From Dehalococcoidia bacterium (GTDB lineage: Bacteria > Chloroflexota > Dehalococcoidia > Lucifugimonadales > UBA3495): a stretch of DNA of 64,000 bases. Positions 9,394 through 19,484 of this stretch are shown here, in pieces; position 1 is the stretch's first letter; the number at the start of each line of letters is the position of its first letter. The notes beneath the pieces are model-generated. The model did no database searches and had not been told where the DNA came from. It was given only the letters and a program-made list of their open reading frames with translations. The DNA lies in assembly GCA_964291545.2 (NCBI GenBank), contig OZ219860.1, positions 745,786 through 809,785 on the forward strand. Reading direction: 5' to 3'. The position numbers and the translations under genes are program-made.

Positions 9394-10161
9394 ATGCCCG
9401 TGCTTCCAGAATTCAGCCTCTCCGGCCGCGTCGCCATGCTCCACACCACCGGCGGCGACCATGCCCCATTCCTCGCCCAGGCCCTCGCTGAGGCTGGCGC
9501 TCTCGTCTTCACCATCGCCCGCCGCCGGGAACTTCTGGATCCGGTAATGCGAGCGCTGGAAACCTATCCCGCAGACCATCGCGGCGTTGTCGCCGACATA
9601 GGCCGCAACGGCCCAACAGCCGTCGCAGAATCCATGTCGTCCTTCGACCAGCTTGAAAAACCCGTCGACATCCTCGTCAACGACACCCGCAGCCTGCATG
9701 CCGGCCCACTCGATTCTGTCACCCCCGATGAATGGGACGAGCTCCACTCCCGCAACCTCCGCTCCACATTCTTCCTCACCCAGGAGGTCGCCCGCCGCAT
9801 GCAGGAGCGCCAATACGGCCGCATCGTCAACCTCGTTTCCATACTTGCCGAGCGAGGCATGGCCAACATCACCGCCTTCGCTTCCACCCAGGCTGGCCTC
9901 CTGTCCCTCACCAAGTGCCTGGCCCTGGAACTCGGCCGCTCCAACATTCGTGTCAACGCCCTCGGCCTCGGCTGGTTCACCACCGAAGACCTATCATTAG
10001 AACAACAGCAGCAGGAACTCCTGGTCCGCTTCACACCCCTCCGCCGCAAAGGCCATCCCCGAGACGTCGGCCCCCTCCTCGTTTACCTATGCTCCGAGGT
10101 CTGCGACTACGCCACCGGCCAGCCCGTCTACGTCGACGGCGGCCTCAACGCCCACCCCTAA
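9394..10161 (+). CDS. SDR-fold protein with substituted catalytic Tyr/Lys and a degenerate Gly-rich motif (probable non-catalytic SDR)
   Basis: The sequence aligns to the upstream SDR, but the YxxxK position reads F-A-S-T-Q (codons 9877 TTC and 9889 CAG). The TGxxxGxG position reads TTGGDHAPF. Confidence 0.75.
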   Translation: MPVLPEFSLSGRVAMLHTTGGDHAPFLAQALAEAGALVFTIARRRELLDPVMRALETYPADHRGVVADIGRNGPTAVAESMSSFDQLEKPVDILVNDTRSLHAGPLDSVTPDEWDELHSRNLRSTFFLTQEVARRMQERQYGRIVNLVSILAERGMANITAFASTQAGLLSLTKCLALELGRSNIRVNALGLGWFTTEDLSLEQQQQELLVRFTPLRRKGHPRDVGPLLVYLCSEVCDYATGQPVYVDGGLNAHP

Positions 10162-10242
10162 CCGAATAGCCCCACTATCGACGAGCCACGGGCCACTACA
10201 GCCGTGCTATAGAACCACGCCCGTCCCTCCACGCTCGACATA

Positions 10243-10358
10243 CCCCACCACCATAACCGCCCCCAACCCGCGTCACCCCCCACCACCATAACCGCCCCCA
10301 ACCCGCGTCACCCCCCACCACCATATCCGCCCCCCAACCCGCGTCACCCCCCACCACT
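10243..10358. repeat. tandem repeat, about 35-36 bp x about 3.2
   Basis: accaccata(a/t)ccgcccccaacccgcgtcaccccc begins at 10247, 10282, 10317 and (partial) 10353. The array runs directly into a GTCATTCC module at 10359. Confidence 0.85.
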
Positions 10359-10440
10359 GTCATTCCGAGCGCAGCGCAGCGGAGAGAGGAATCTCAAATC
10401 CCTCGCTACCATCCAAGTCATCTCTCTACACATACCCACC

Positions 10441-11040
10441 CCCCAACCCGTCATTCCGGCCCCCGAGCCGGAATCCAGAACGCCTGTTCACCAACTTACT
10501 AGCATTCCCTCCAGCACCCATCACCCCCAACCCGTCATTCCGGCCCCCGAGCCGGAATCCAGAGGGCCTGTTCACCAACTTCGTCGCATTCCCTCCGGCG
10601 CCCCCGTCCGTTCGTCCCGAGGCTCTCGAAGGGGGAACGGGCGGGCGGGGGGTACGCCGCGGTGTCAACGCACGCATCACGCCCCAACCCGTCATTCCGG
10701 CCCCCAAGCCGGAATCCAGAACGCCTGTTCACCAACTTACTAGCATTCCCTCCAGCACCCATCACCCCCAACCCGTCATTCCGGCCCCCGAGCCGGAATC
10801 CAGAGGGCCTGTTCACCAACTTCGTCGCATTCCCTCCGGCGCCCCCGTCCGTTCGTCCCGAGGCTCTCAAAGGGGGAACGGGCGGGCGGGGGGTACGCCG
10901 CGGTGTCAACGCACGCATCACGCCCCAACCCGTCATTCCGGCCCCCAAGCCGGAATCCAGAACGCCTGTTCACCAACTTCGTGGCATTCCCTCCGGCGCC
11001 CCCGTCCGTTCGTCCCGAGGCTCTCGAAGGGGGAACGGGC
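10441..11040. repeat. tandem repeat, 241-bp unit x about 2.5, built from GTCATTCCGGC hairpin modules plus a hairpin-type module
   Basis: gtcattccggccccc starts at 10450, 10534, 10691, 10775 and 10932, with an exact 241-bp phase. The third copy is an internally deleted hybrid. Confidence 0.9.
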
Positions 11041-11112
11041 ATCCCGGTCCGGGGCCGCCGGCAAAATCAATTGATGCCTCTCATACCCTGCTGTACAATA
11101 TTCGCCAATCGC

Positions 11113-12558
11113 ATGCAACGTGAACCTGCCACAATCCCATCCCGCCTGCGGGGCATGCAGGACGTATCCCACCAGGGGCAGCGCATCAAGCGCGGCCTCC
11201 AGGACAGCTTGTCCGATCTTATGGCCGGATTCGGCTACCTCCCCTTGGAAACCCCCGTCCTCGAGCCCACCGAGCTATTCCTCCGCAAGTCCGGCGGCGA
11301 GCTCGCCTCGCGCCTCTATAGCTTCACCGACCCCGGCGGCGTATCCGTCAGCCTCCGCCCCGAGTTCACCTCGTCCATCATGCGCCATTACCTGGAGAAC
11401 GCCGATGGCATAGACCTGCCCGCCCGCTGGCAATACTCCGGCCCCGTCTTCCGCCACGACCCCGCCGACCCCCAGACCGGCGGCCAGTTCACCCAGATAG
11501 GCGCAGAACTGGTCGGAGCTTCCGGCGTCCTCGCCGACGTTGAAATCCTCCGCTTGGCCTGCCTTGCCCTCTCCAGCTTGGGCATAGACGGCTGGCAGCT
11601 GGAACTTTCCGATTTAGACGTAATGGACGGCATCCTCGACGCCGTCGGCGTCTCCAAAAGGGCCAGGTCGTTCATCATCAGCAACGCCCACCATCTCAGC
11701 GCCGGCCGTTCCGCCGTTCCAGCCGTCCTGGCCGAAGCATCCCGCTGGCGCCTCACCGGCAGCAATGGCGATGACCGGTACCTCAGCCAGGCCATCTCCG
11801 GCCTGGACGAAGCTGAGGCCAGGGTGGTGCTCAATGGCCTCCTCCAATGGGGCGGCGCACCCCAACTGGGGCAGCGCCAACCGGACGAAGTCGTAGACCG
11901 CCTCCTCCGTAAGCTCCGCGATCAGGACACCGAGGCCAACCTCCGACGCGGCCTTGAACTGGCCAGCGATCTCGCCTCCGTTCGCGGCAGACCCGCCGCC
12001 GCCGTCGACGCCGCCTCCGCCGTGGTCAAAGCCGCTGGCGCAGAAGTGGCGGCTCTCGACCGCCTCTCCCAGCTTCTCGACCTCCTCTCCGATCGCTCCC
12101 AAATTGCCAACGCCTGCGTCCTCGATTTCGGCCTCGTTCGCGGCCTGGGCTACTACAATGGCATTGTGTTCGAGATCAATCACCCCGCATCCGGCGCCTC
12201 CCTGGGCGGCGGCGGCCGCTACGACGCGTTGGCCCAGTCCCTTGGCAGCCCTGGGCCCGTTCCCGCCCTCGGCTTTGCCTACAACCTGGAGTCCCTTATC
12301 TCCCTCTCCAGCGAGGACCTCGCCCCTGCCGGCCCCTCGCTGCCCCAGCCCCAGGCCCTGGTCCTTGCCGACGGCCCTGAGAGCTACGCCGATGCCTTGT
12401 CCGCCTCGCGGGAACTCCGCTCCCAGGGAGTACTCAACCAGGTGGACGTCTGCGGCCTCGGTCTGCAGCAGGCGTTGGACTACGCCAGGAAACAGGAAAT
12501 CTCCCAGGTCATTCTTATACGCCCTGGCGGACACCGCGAGACCCATGCAGTCGACTGA
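11113..12558 (+). CDS. hisZ: HisRS-like ATP phosphoribosyltransferase regulatory subunit (HisZ-like) with a retained C-terminal anticodon-domain-like region
   Basis: HisRS-paralog motifs LRPEFT, VRGLGYYNGIVFE and GGGGRYD. The motif-2 arginines are replaced (FRHDPADPQTGGQFTQIGAE). The stop overlaps the hisG start. The start is set at ATG 11113 because the upstream part of the ORF is repeat DNA. Confidence 0.65.
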   Translation: MQREPATIPSRLRGMQDVSHQGQRIKRGLQDSLSDLMAGFGYLPLETPVLEPTELFLRKSGGELASRLYSFTDPGGVSVSLRPEFTSSIMRHYLENADGIDLPARWQYSGPVFRHDPADPQTGGQFTQIGAELVGASGVLADVEILRLACLALSSLGIDGWQLELSDLDVMDGILDAVGVSKRARSFIISNAHHLSAGRSAVPAVLAEASRWRLTGSNGDDRYLSQAISGLDEAEARVVLNGLLQWGGAPQLGQRQPDEVVDRLLRKLRDQDTEANLRRGLELASDLASVRGRPAAAVDAASAVVKAAGAEVAALDRLSQLLDLLSDRSQIANACVLDFGLVRGLGYYNGIVFEINHPASGASLGGGGRYDALAQSLGSPGPVPALGFAYNLESLISLSSEDLAPAGPSLPQPQALVLADGPESYADALSASRELRSQGVLNQVDVCGLGLQQALDYARKQEISQVILIRPGGHRETHAVD

Positions 12559-13591
12559 CTCCAAGGCCAACGGCGGCTCCTCTCCCGGCGCCGCCATAAG
12601 GCTCCTATTGCCCAGCGACGGAGCCCTCTATCAGGGCGCTCTCGATTTCATGCGGGACTGCGGCCTCAACGTCCTGCGCGCCAGCGCCCGCAGCTACACC
12701 GGCCAGGTCCCCTCTTTGGACGGTGTCGAAGTCCTTTTCCAACGCAGCTCCGACATAACCGAGAAGGTGGAAGAAGGCAGCGCCGACCTCGGCATTACCG
12801 GCCTCGACCGCTACCTTGAATACCGCAACGACGAACAGCGCGTCGTCTCCCTCATCGACGACCTCCACTTCGGCCGTTGCGAGCTTGTCCTTGCCGTGCC
12901 CTCCTTCTGGCTCGACGTTACCTCCGTCGCCGACCTCGCCGATCTCGCCCTCGAGTTCCGCCAGGCTGGCAAGCAATTGCGCATTGCCAACAAATACCCC
13001 CGCCTCCTCCGCCGCTATCTCTTCGACAGGGGTATCAACTACTTTACCCTCGTCCCGGCCTCCGGCTCCCTCGAGGCCGCTCCCGCCGCCGGTTACGCCG
13101 ACCTCATCGCCGATATCACCGCCACCGGCGCAACCCTGCGCGAAAATCGCCTCAAACCCCTGGAAGAAGGCACCATCCTCGCCTCCCAGGCCTGCCTCAT
13201 CGGCAATACCGCCGCCCTGACACGCAACCCCGACACCCTCCAGGTTGCCCGCTCCATGCTCGAACTCATGGAAGCCCACCTCCAGGCTGGCCCCTTCTAC
13301 CGCCTAACCGCCAACGTCCGGGGTGCTTCAGCCGCCGAGGTCAGCGCCGCCATCCTCGCCCGCCCCGACGTCTCCGGCCTGCGCGGCCCTACCGTTGCCA
13401 GGGTTTACAACATCCAGGAGCAGGACTGGCACAGCGTCAGCCTCCTGGTCAGAAAAGAAAAGCTCCTGGAAGCCGTCGATCACCTGCGCGACTGCGGCGC
13501 CGTCGACATCGCCTCCTACCGCGTCAGCTATCTATTCGACGGCCACTCCCAGGCCTACCACAACCTTTTTGAGGGCGACCCGAGGCCTTGA
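12545..13591 (+). CDS. hisG: ATP phosphoribosyltransferase, long form (with HisG_C-like C-terminal domain)
   Basis: LLLPSDGALYQGALDFMRDCGL, GSADLGITGLD and ADLIADITATGATLREN, plus a roughly 100-aa C-terminal domain (YRLTANVRG...GPTVARV...WHSVSLLV). ATG 12545 overlaps the hisZ end. Confidence 0.85.
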   Translation: MQSTDSKANGGSSPGAAIRLLLPSDGALYQGALDFMRDCGLNVLRASARSYTGQVPSLDGVEVLFQRSSDITEKVEEGSADLGITGLDRYLEYRNDEQRVVSLIDDLHFGRCELVLAVPSFWLDVTSVADLADLALEFRQAGKQLRIANKYPRLLRRYLFDRGINYFTLVPASGSLEAAPAAGYADLIADITATGATLRENRLKPLEEGTILASQACLIGNTAALTRNPDTLQVARSMLELMEAHLQAGPFYRLTANVRGASAAEVSAAILARPDVSGLRGPTVARVYNIQEQDWHSVSLLVRKEKLLEAVDHLRDCGAVDIASYRVSYLFDGHSQAYHNLFEGDPRP

Positions 13592-13618
13592 ACCACCGCA
13601 CGGCCCTCCCAGCGCCTC

Positions 13619-14392
13619 ATGCCTAACCTGCCCATGCACATATACCTGGCCAAGTGCGTCGCCGACCGCCTCGACTGGGGTTGGCTCAACGACCACGCCC
13701 CCAGCCTCTACCTGGGCTCGACGGCCCCCGACGTGCGCGCCATGACCAAGTGGCCCCGCGAGCGCACCCACTTCGCCCCCCTCTCCTCCGAAGAAGTAGG
13801 CGCCGGCCCCTCCGCCATGTTCAAGCTCCATCCCGGCCTCGCCGGCTCCAACGGCCTGTCCACCGCCACCCGCGCCTTCCTCGTCGGCTACGTCAGCCAC
13901 CTGGTCGCCGACGAGTCCTGGATTGCCAACGTCTTCCGTCCCAATTTCGACCCCCCGCCCGGCAGCCCCGCCGCGGTCGATACCGAACTCCAGGGCCACA
14001 TCTATGACCGGGCCCTCCAACTGGACATGGACCGCACCGTCTTGCCTGTAGTGGGGCGGCTCCTCGGCAACGGGCAGTCCTGGGACGACGCCCCCGTCGG
14101 CGTGGAAGTCGAATTCATAGACCGCGACACCCTGTCACAATGGTCCGAGTGGGTTCAGCGCTTCCTCAGTTGGGAATTCACCTGGGACCGCCTGAAACGC
14201 GCCCTCAACCGCATGTACCGCGACGACCAGGCCGTTCAGGACACCGTCGCCGCCTTCGTCGAAGACATGCCCGCCAGCCTCGACCGCGTCTACAGTAAAA
14301 TACCCCAGGTCGCCATCGAGGCCTACTTCCAGGGAGCCCTCAAGGAGACCCTCGTCCAGGTTCGCGAACGCTGGGACGATACCCAAACCTAG
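13619..14392 (+). CDS. hypothetical protein, possibly zinc-dependent phospholipase C-like family
   Basis: HIYLA near the N-terminus, GSTAPDVR, and the GYVSHLVADESW pattern resemble this family. The assignment is weak. Confidence 0.35.
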   Translation: MPNLPMHIYLAKCVADRLDWGWLNDHAPSLYLGSTAPDVRAMTKWPRERTHFAPLSSEEVGAGPSAMFKLHPGLAGSNGLSTATRAFLVGYVSHLVADESWIANVFRPNFDPPPGSPAAVDTELQGHIYDRALQLDMDRTVLPVVGRLLGNGQSWDDAPVGVEVEFIDRDTLSQWSEWVQRFLSWEFTWDRLKRALNRMYRDDQAVQDTVAAFVEDMPASLDRVYSKIPQVAIEAYFQGALKETLVQVRERWDDTQT

Positions 14393-14518
14393 CCAACTGG
14401 CCCTCCCTGCCTCTCGCCAACCCGCCGCCCATAGGACTATAATCCTCAGGTCGTACAATTTTGCCCTGTCCCATGAGGACCATCCCCTCATAGGGACTAT
14501 CCAAAAGGACTATCCAGA

Positions 14519-15865
<1,347 letters not shown>

Positions 15866-15871
15866 CGCGCC

Positions 15872-16972
15872 GTGAAGACCGCCGTCGACCTTAACAAGCT
15901 GCTGGTTCCCCACATCCGAGGCCTCGAGCGGTATCAGGGCGTCGCCTCCATGGACTCCATGGTTTCCCTGTCCGGCGTCTCCGCCGACCAGGTCATACGC
16001 CTCAACGGCAACGAAAACCCCTTCGGCCCCTCTCCTAAGGCCGCCAAAGCCCTTGGCGCTTTCCAGAACTACAACCACTACCCCGACCAGGACCAGCAGA
16101 AACTCCGGCAAGTCCTCTCAGACTACGTGGGCTTTCCCCCGGACCGCATCGTCGTCGGTAACGGCAGCGACGAGATCATCGACCTGCTCATGCGCATGTT
16201 CATCGGCCCAGGAGAAAACGTCGTCATCCCCTCACCCACCTTTGGAATGTACTCCGTCTCCGCCGCCATTAACGGCGGCCGGGCCGTCTCTGTTCCCCTC
16301 GATCACAACTTTGACCTCGATATTGCGGCCATGCTCCAAGCCGTCACACCCAAGACCAAGGGATTCTTCGTTCCTTCTCCCAATAACCCCACAGGCAACC
16401 TCGCCTCCGAGGCCCACGTCCGCTCCCTCCTTGACACCGGACTCTTGGTCGTCATGGACGAAGCCTACTACGAGTTTTGCGGGGTCACTTTTCTTCCCCT
16501 TCTTGATGACCACCCCAATCTCGTGGTCATCCGCTCCTTCAGCAAGTGGGCCGGACTCGCCGGACTCCGCGTCGGCTTTGGCGTCATGCACCCAGAAATC
16601 GCCCTCACCATGTTCAGCGTCAAGCCGCCCTACAACGTCACCCAGGCCGCCGAGGTCGCTCTGATTGCCTCCCTGGAGGACCGGCCCGTTCTCATGGAAC
16701 GCGTCGGCGAAATGGTCGCCGAACGCGACCGCATGACCAGCCTTCTTAACGACGTACCCGGAATAAAGGCCTGGCCTTCCCAGGCCAACTTCATCCTTAT
16801 TCAACTCCCCGACGGTCGGGGCAAGGAGATTTACGACGGCCTCTGCCGCCGCGGCATCTTCCTCCGCAACTACGACTCCCCGCGGCTTAAGGACCACCTC
16901 CGCGCCAGCATCGGCTTCCCCAATGAAACCGACGCCGTAGTCTCAGCCCTCTCCAACCTGGTGAAATCATGA
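15872..16972 (+). CDS. hisC: histidinol-phosphate aminotransferase
   Basis: NENPFGPSP near the N-terminus and the PLP-lysine context SFSKWAGLAGLRVGF. Confidence 0.9.
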   Translation: MKTAVDLNKLLVPHIRGLERYQGVASMDSMVSLSGVSADQVIRLNGNENPFGPSPKAAKALGAFQNYNHYPDQDQQKLRQVLSDYVGFPPDRIVVGNGSDEIIDLLMRMFIGPGENVVIPSPTFGMYSVSAAINGGRAVSVPLDHNFDLDIAAMLQAVTPKTKGFFVPSPNNPTGNLASEAHVRSLLDTGLLVVMDEAYYEFCGVTFLPLLDDHPNLVVIRSFSKWAGLAGLRVGFGVMHPEIALTMFSVKPPYNVTQAAEVALIASLEDRPVLMERVGEMVAERDRMTSLLNDVPGIKAWPSQANFILIQLPDGRGKEIYDGLCRRGIFLRNYDSPRLKDHLRASIGFPNETDAVVSALSNLVKS

Positions 16973-17592
16973 CCCAAAACCAGCAAGACCCCCAGTCACC
17001 CCGCTCCGCCTCCATTGAACGCAAGACCGGCGAGACCTCCGTCAACGTCACTATAGACCTCGACGGCCAGGGCTCCCACGACGTCGACACCGGCAACGGC
17101 TTCCTGGATCACATGGTCAGCCAGGTCGCTCGCCACGGCCTGATTGACATAACCCTCCACGCCAAGGGCGACGTCCAGACCGGCTGGCACCACCTTGTCG
17201 AAGACGTAGGCATATCCCTTGGGAGGGCCTTTCGCCAAGCCCTGGGCGACGCCCGGGGCATCCGGCGCATGGGTCACGCCATAGTCCCATTGGACGAAGC
17301 CCTCGCCCTCGTTGCCGTGGACTGCAGCGGCCGTTCCTACGCCGAGATCGACACCACCCTGGACGGCGCAACCGTCGAAACCCTCTCCGGAGACCTCATA
17401 GCCCATTTCCTCGAGTCCTTTGCCATCGAGGGCAAGATCAACCTCCACGCCAAGGTCCTGGCCGGCGTTAGCCCCCACCACAAGGCCGAAGCCCTCTGCA
17501 AGGCCCTGGCCAAAGCCCTGCGCCACGCCGTCGAGCCCGACCCTCGCGCTCCCGGCCAGGTCCCCAGCACCAAGGGCACCATCTCCGCCTAA
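16969..17592 (+). CDS. hisB: imidazoleglycerol-phosphate dehydratase
   Basis: RKTGETSVNVTIDLDG, GFLDHM and HH..EA motifs. There is a 4-nt overlap with hisC. Confidence 0.92.
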   Translation: MTQNQQDPQSPRSASIERKTGETSVNVTIDLDGQGSHDVDTGNGFLDHMVSQVARHGLIDITLHAKGDVQTGWHHLVEDVGISLGRAFRQALGDARGIRRMGHAIVPLDEALALVAVDCSGRSYAEIDTTLDGATVETLSGDLIAHFLESFAIEGKINLHAKVLAGVSPHHKAEALCKALAKALRHAVEPDPRAPGQVPSTKGTISA

Positions 17593-17628
17593 GCCACCCC
17601 AACACCTTCACTCCCACGCCCCCAACCT

Positions 17629-17799
17629 GTCATTCCGAGGGCGAAGCCGAGGAATCTAAAATCCATACCCTAAAGAACACTCGGATGCCCCTCCACCGTG
17701 CTCCCCCAACTCGCCACCCCCTCGCTCACAGGCCAAAGCATAGCCTGCGGACAGGCTGTCCGTTGGTCCTGAGGGAAATCGAAGGGCGAATGAACAGCC
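17629..17799. repeat. intergenic repeat modules (GTCATTCC module 17629-17664, hairpin module 17754-17799)
   Basis: gtcattccgagggcgaagccgaggaatctaaaatcc and ggctgtccgttggtcctgagggaaatcgaagggcgaatgaacagcc. Confidence 0.8.
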
Positions 17800-17946
17800 G
17801 CCGTCGTGCTCAGGTCCCCAAACCGTCATTCTCTGGAATCTAATTCCGTCCGTCCCGCGCCCGTCAAGACGCCCCAACGCCTTGGGACACAACCCCCCAG
17901 TCCGTGGTAAGCTTGTCCAGCAAAAACCCACCGACCCAAGAGAAGA

Positions 17947-18291
17947 ATGCAGCAGCCAGTACTTCCGTCCCAAGTCCGCATTGACGACCAGGCAATCCGC
18001 GTCCAATGGGACGACGGCCACACCGGCGTCTACCCCCACCGCTACCTCCGCCTCAAGTGTCAGTGCGCCAACTGCATCAACGAGATCACCGGACGGCCCA
18101 CTTTGGACCCTGAGACCGTGCCCCAGGACGTCAAGGCCGTCGACCACATGCAAGTCGGCAACTACGGCCTGCAATTTCTCTGGAGCGATGCCCACTACAC
18201 CGGAATCTACACCTACGAATTTCTGCGGTCCGTCTGCACCTGCCTTACCTGCAACGCTGACTCCGCCGAAACGAGGGGGGCATCCAGTTGA
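17947..18291 (+). CDS. DUF971-family protein (gamma-butyrobetaine hydroxylase-like N-terminal domain)
   Basis: The pattern V.WDDGH...Y....LR..C.CA.C.....G... and F.WSD.H.TGIY..E.LR is typical of DUF971. Confidence 0.7.
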   Translation: MQQPVLPSQVRIDDQAIRVQWDDGHTGVYPHRYLRLKCQCANCINEITGRPTLDPETVPQDVKAVDHMQVGNYGLQFLWSDAHYTGIYTYEFLRSVCTCLTCNADSAETRGASS

Positions 18292-18372
18292 CGCTGGACC
18301 GCAGGGATATCGGTTGGGATTCCGACTTTCCTCAGTAGTGGTCGGAAGACGTTTAATTCCTCGCTGGCTGAG

Positions 18373-18618
18373 ATGATTCTCCTTACTGGAGTTGACGGGC
18401 TGGCGTTACTCACAGCAATCGCTGCCCTCTTCTTCTTTGTGGTCTTTGCTATTCTCTTGCTGGTCCTCGAGGGTGTCCGAATTCTCAACAAGGAACGATG
18501 GACGAAGATGTACAAATTCCTCGACCTGGTATTTGTCGTTGGAATGCTTTTGTGCGTTCTCGTTGCGTACGAAATCATACCTACTCCCCGTACAGGGGAC
18601 TATTACCCTGGGCCTTAG
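18373..18618 (+). CDS. small hypothetical membrane protein
   Basis: 81-aa ORF with two TM-like segments, in a visibly lower-GC stretch. Confidence 0.35.
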   Translation: MILLTGVDGLALLTAIAALFFFVVFAILLLVLEGVRILNKERWTKMYKFLDLVFVVGMLLCVLVAYEIIPTPRTGDYYPGP

Positions 18619-18737
18619 TCTAGGTGTAAAGTAAACCCCGGGATGATTCGCCTCCACCCAACCCACAGCCGCTACGGGAGAGTCCCCATGGACAAGCCGA
18701 CCGTTGACCGGCTGTGTGAGATTTTCAAGAGTGGGGA

Positions 18738-19172
18738 ATGTTAATGTACGACAAAGTCCACGAACACATCGTAAAAGAACTCGGTGAAAGCAGCCGCACC
18801 GACACCATCTTCGTGCTCACCGCCATCGTCTTCAACCTGATCGTCTTGGGGGTCAACTCCGCCGTGGCCTCCGCCGCGGTCAACGAGGACCCTGCCACTA
18901 CCTACGACCTGGTGCTGGCCGTACTGGCCGTCGTCACGGTGCTGCTCAACATCGTCGCGGTCACCGCATTGGTCTTGGGCCGGCGCACCCGCCGCACTTT
19001 GCTGGATGGCCTGGTCGCCATGTACCGCGACAACCAGGCCGACAAGTATTACGACCCTGCCCTCATGTCCAACTACGGCGTCCGCTACCTTCTCTTTACC
19101 GGCGTAATTGCAACCCTGGCCGTCACCGCCGTCCTGGTCCCGCTGATCATCCGGTTCACCGGCTCAGGCTAA
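18738..19172 (+). CDS. hypothetical membrane protein
   Basis: 144-aa ORF with three TM-like segments. An alternative start is ATG 18744. Confidence 0.5.
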   Translation: MLMYDKVHEHIVKELGESSRTDTIFVLTAIVFNLIVLGVNSAVASAAVNEDPATTYDLVLAVLAVVTVLLNIVAVTALVLGRRTRRTLLDGLVAMYRDNQADKYYDPALMSNYGVRYLLFTGVIATLAVTAVLVPLIIRFTGSG

Positions 19173-19287
19173 CCCCACGAGCCGCCCGGAGCCCCCACCC
19201 CCTGCGCCGCCGCACGAAGCCTACTTCACGGCCTAGGGCTAGTCCGTCCGTCGACCGCACGAAGACCATAGCCCGGCCAGAGAACTA

Positions 19288-19378
19288 GGCCGTCCGTTCG
19301 TCCTGAGGTTCTCGAAGGGGGAACCGACAGCCGGGGTCTGTCCTGAGGTTCTCTAAGAGGCTCTCGAAGGGTGAACTA
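19288..19378. repeat. hairpin-type intergenic repeat modules (one complete, one partial)
   Basis: ggccgtccgttcgtcctgaggttctcgaagggggaaccgacagccgg, followed by a degenerate tcctgaggttctc...ctctcgaagggtgaac. Confidence 0.75.
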
Positions 19379-19484
19379 ACGGAGGTAAATTGGCCCTGCA
19401 CCCCATGCCCCGCCGCTATCCGGCGCCTCGCTTTACCCGTGTTCCCGGCTATTCACCACCTCAGCCCGGCGCAGCCCACGCCCC

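Noticed and set aside
10903-11112. N-terminal 70 residues of the 551-aa ORF (an alternative early start for hisZ)
   Set aside because: This part is encoded by the third copy of the 241-bp repeat. The peptide STHASRPNPSFRPPSRNPE is also produced by the copy at 10662. HisRS-like similarity begins only after ATG 11113.
10426-11123. Family of near-identical ORFs (10426..10707, 10535..10948, 10662..11123, 10776..11042), and similar ORFs at 8142..8529, 26504..26782, 30373..30921, 32841..33388 and 36476..36950
   Set aside because: They are translations of the intergenic repeat modules on either strand. Their similarity comes from DNA repetition, not from a protein family.
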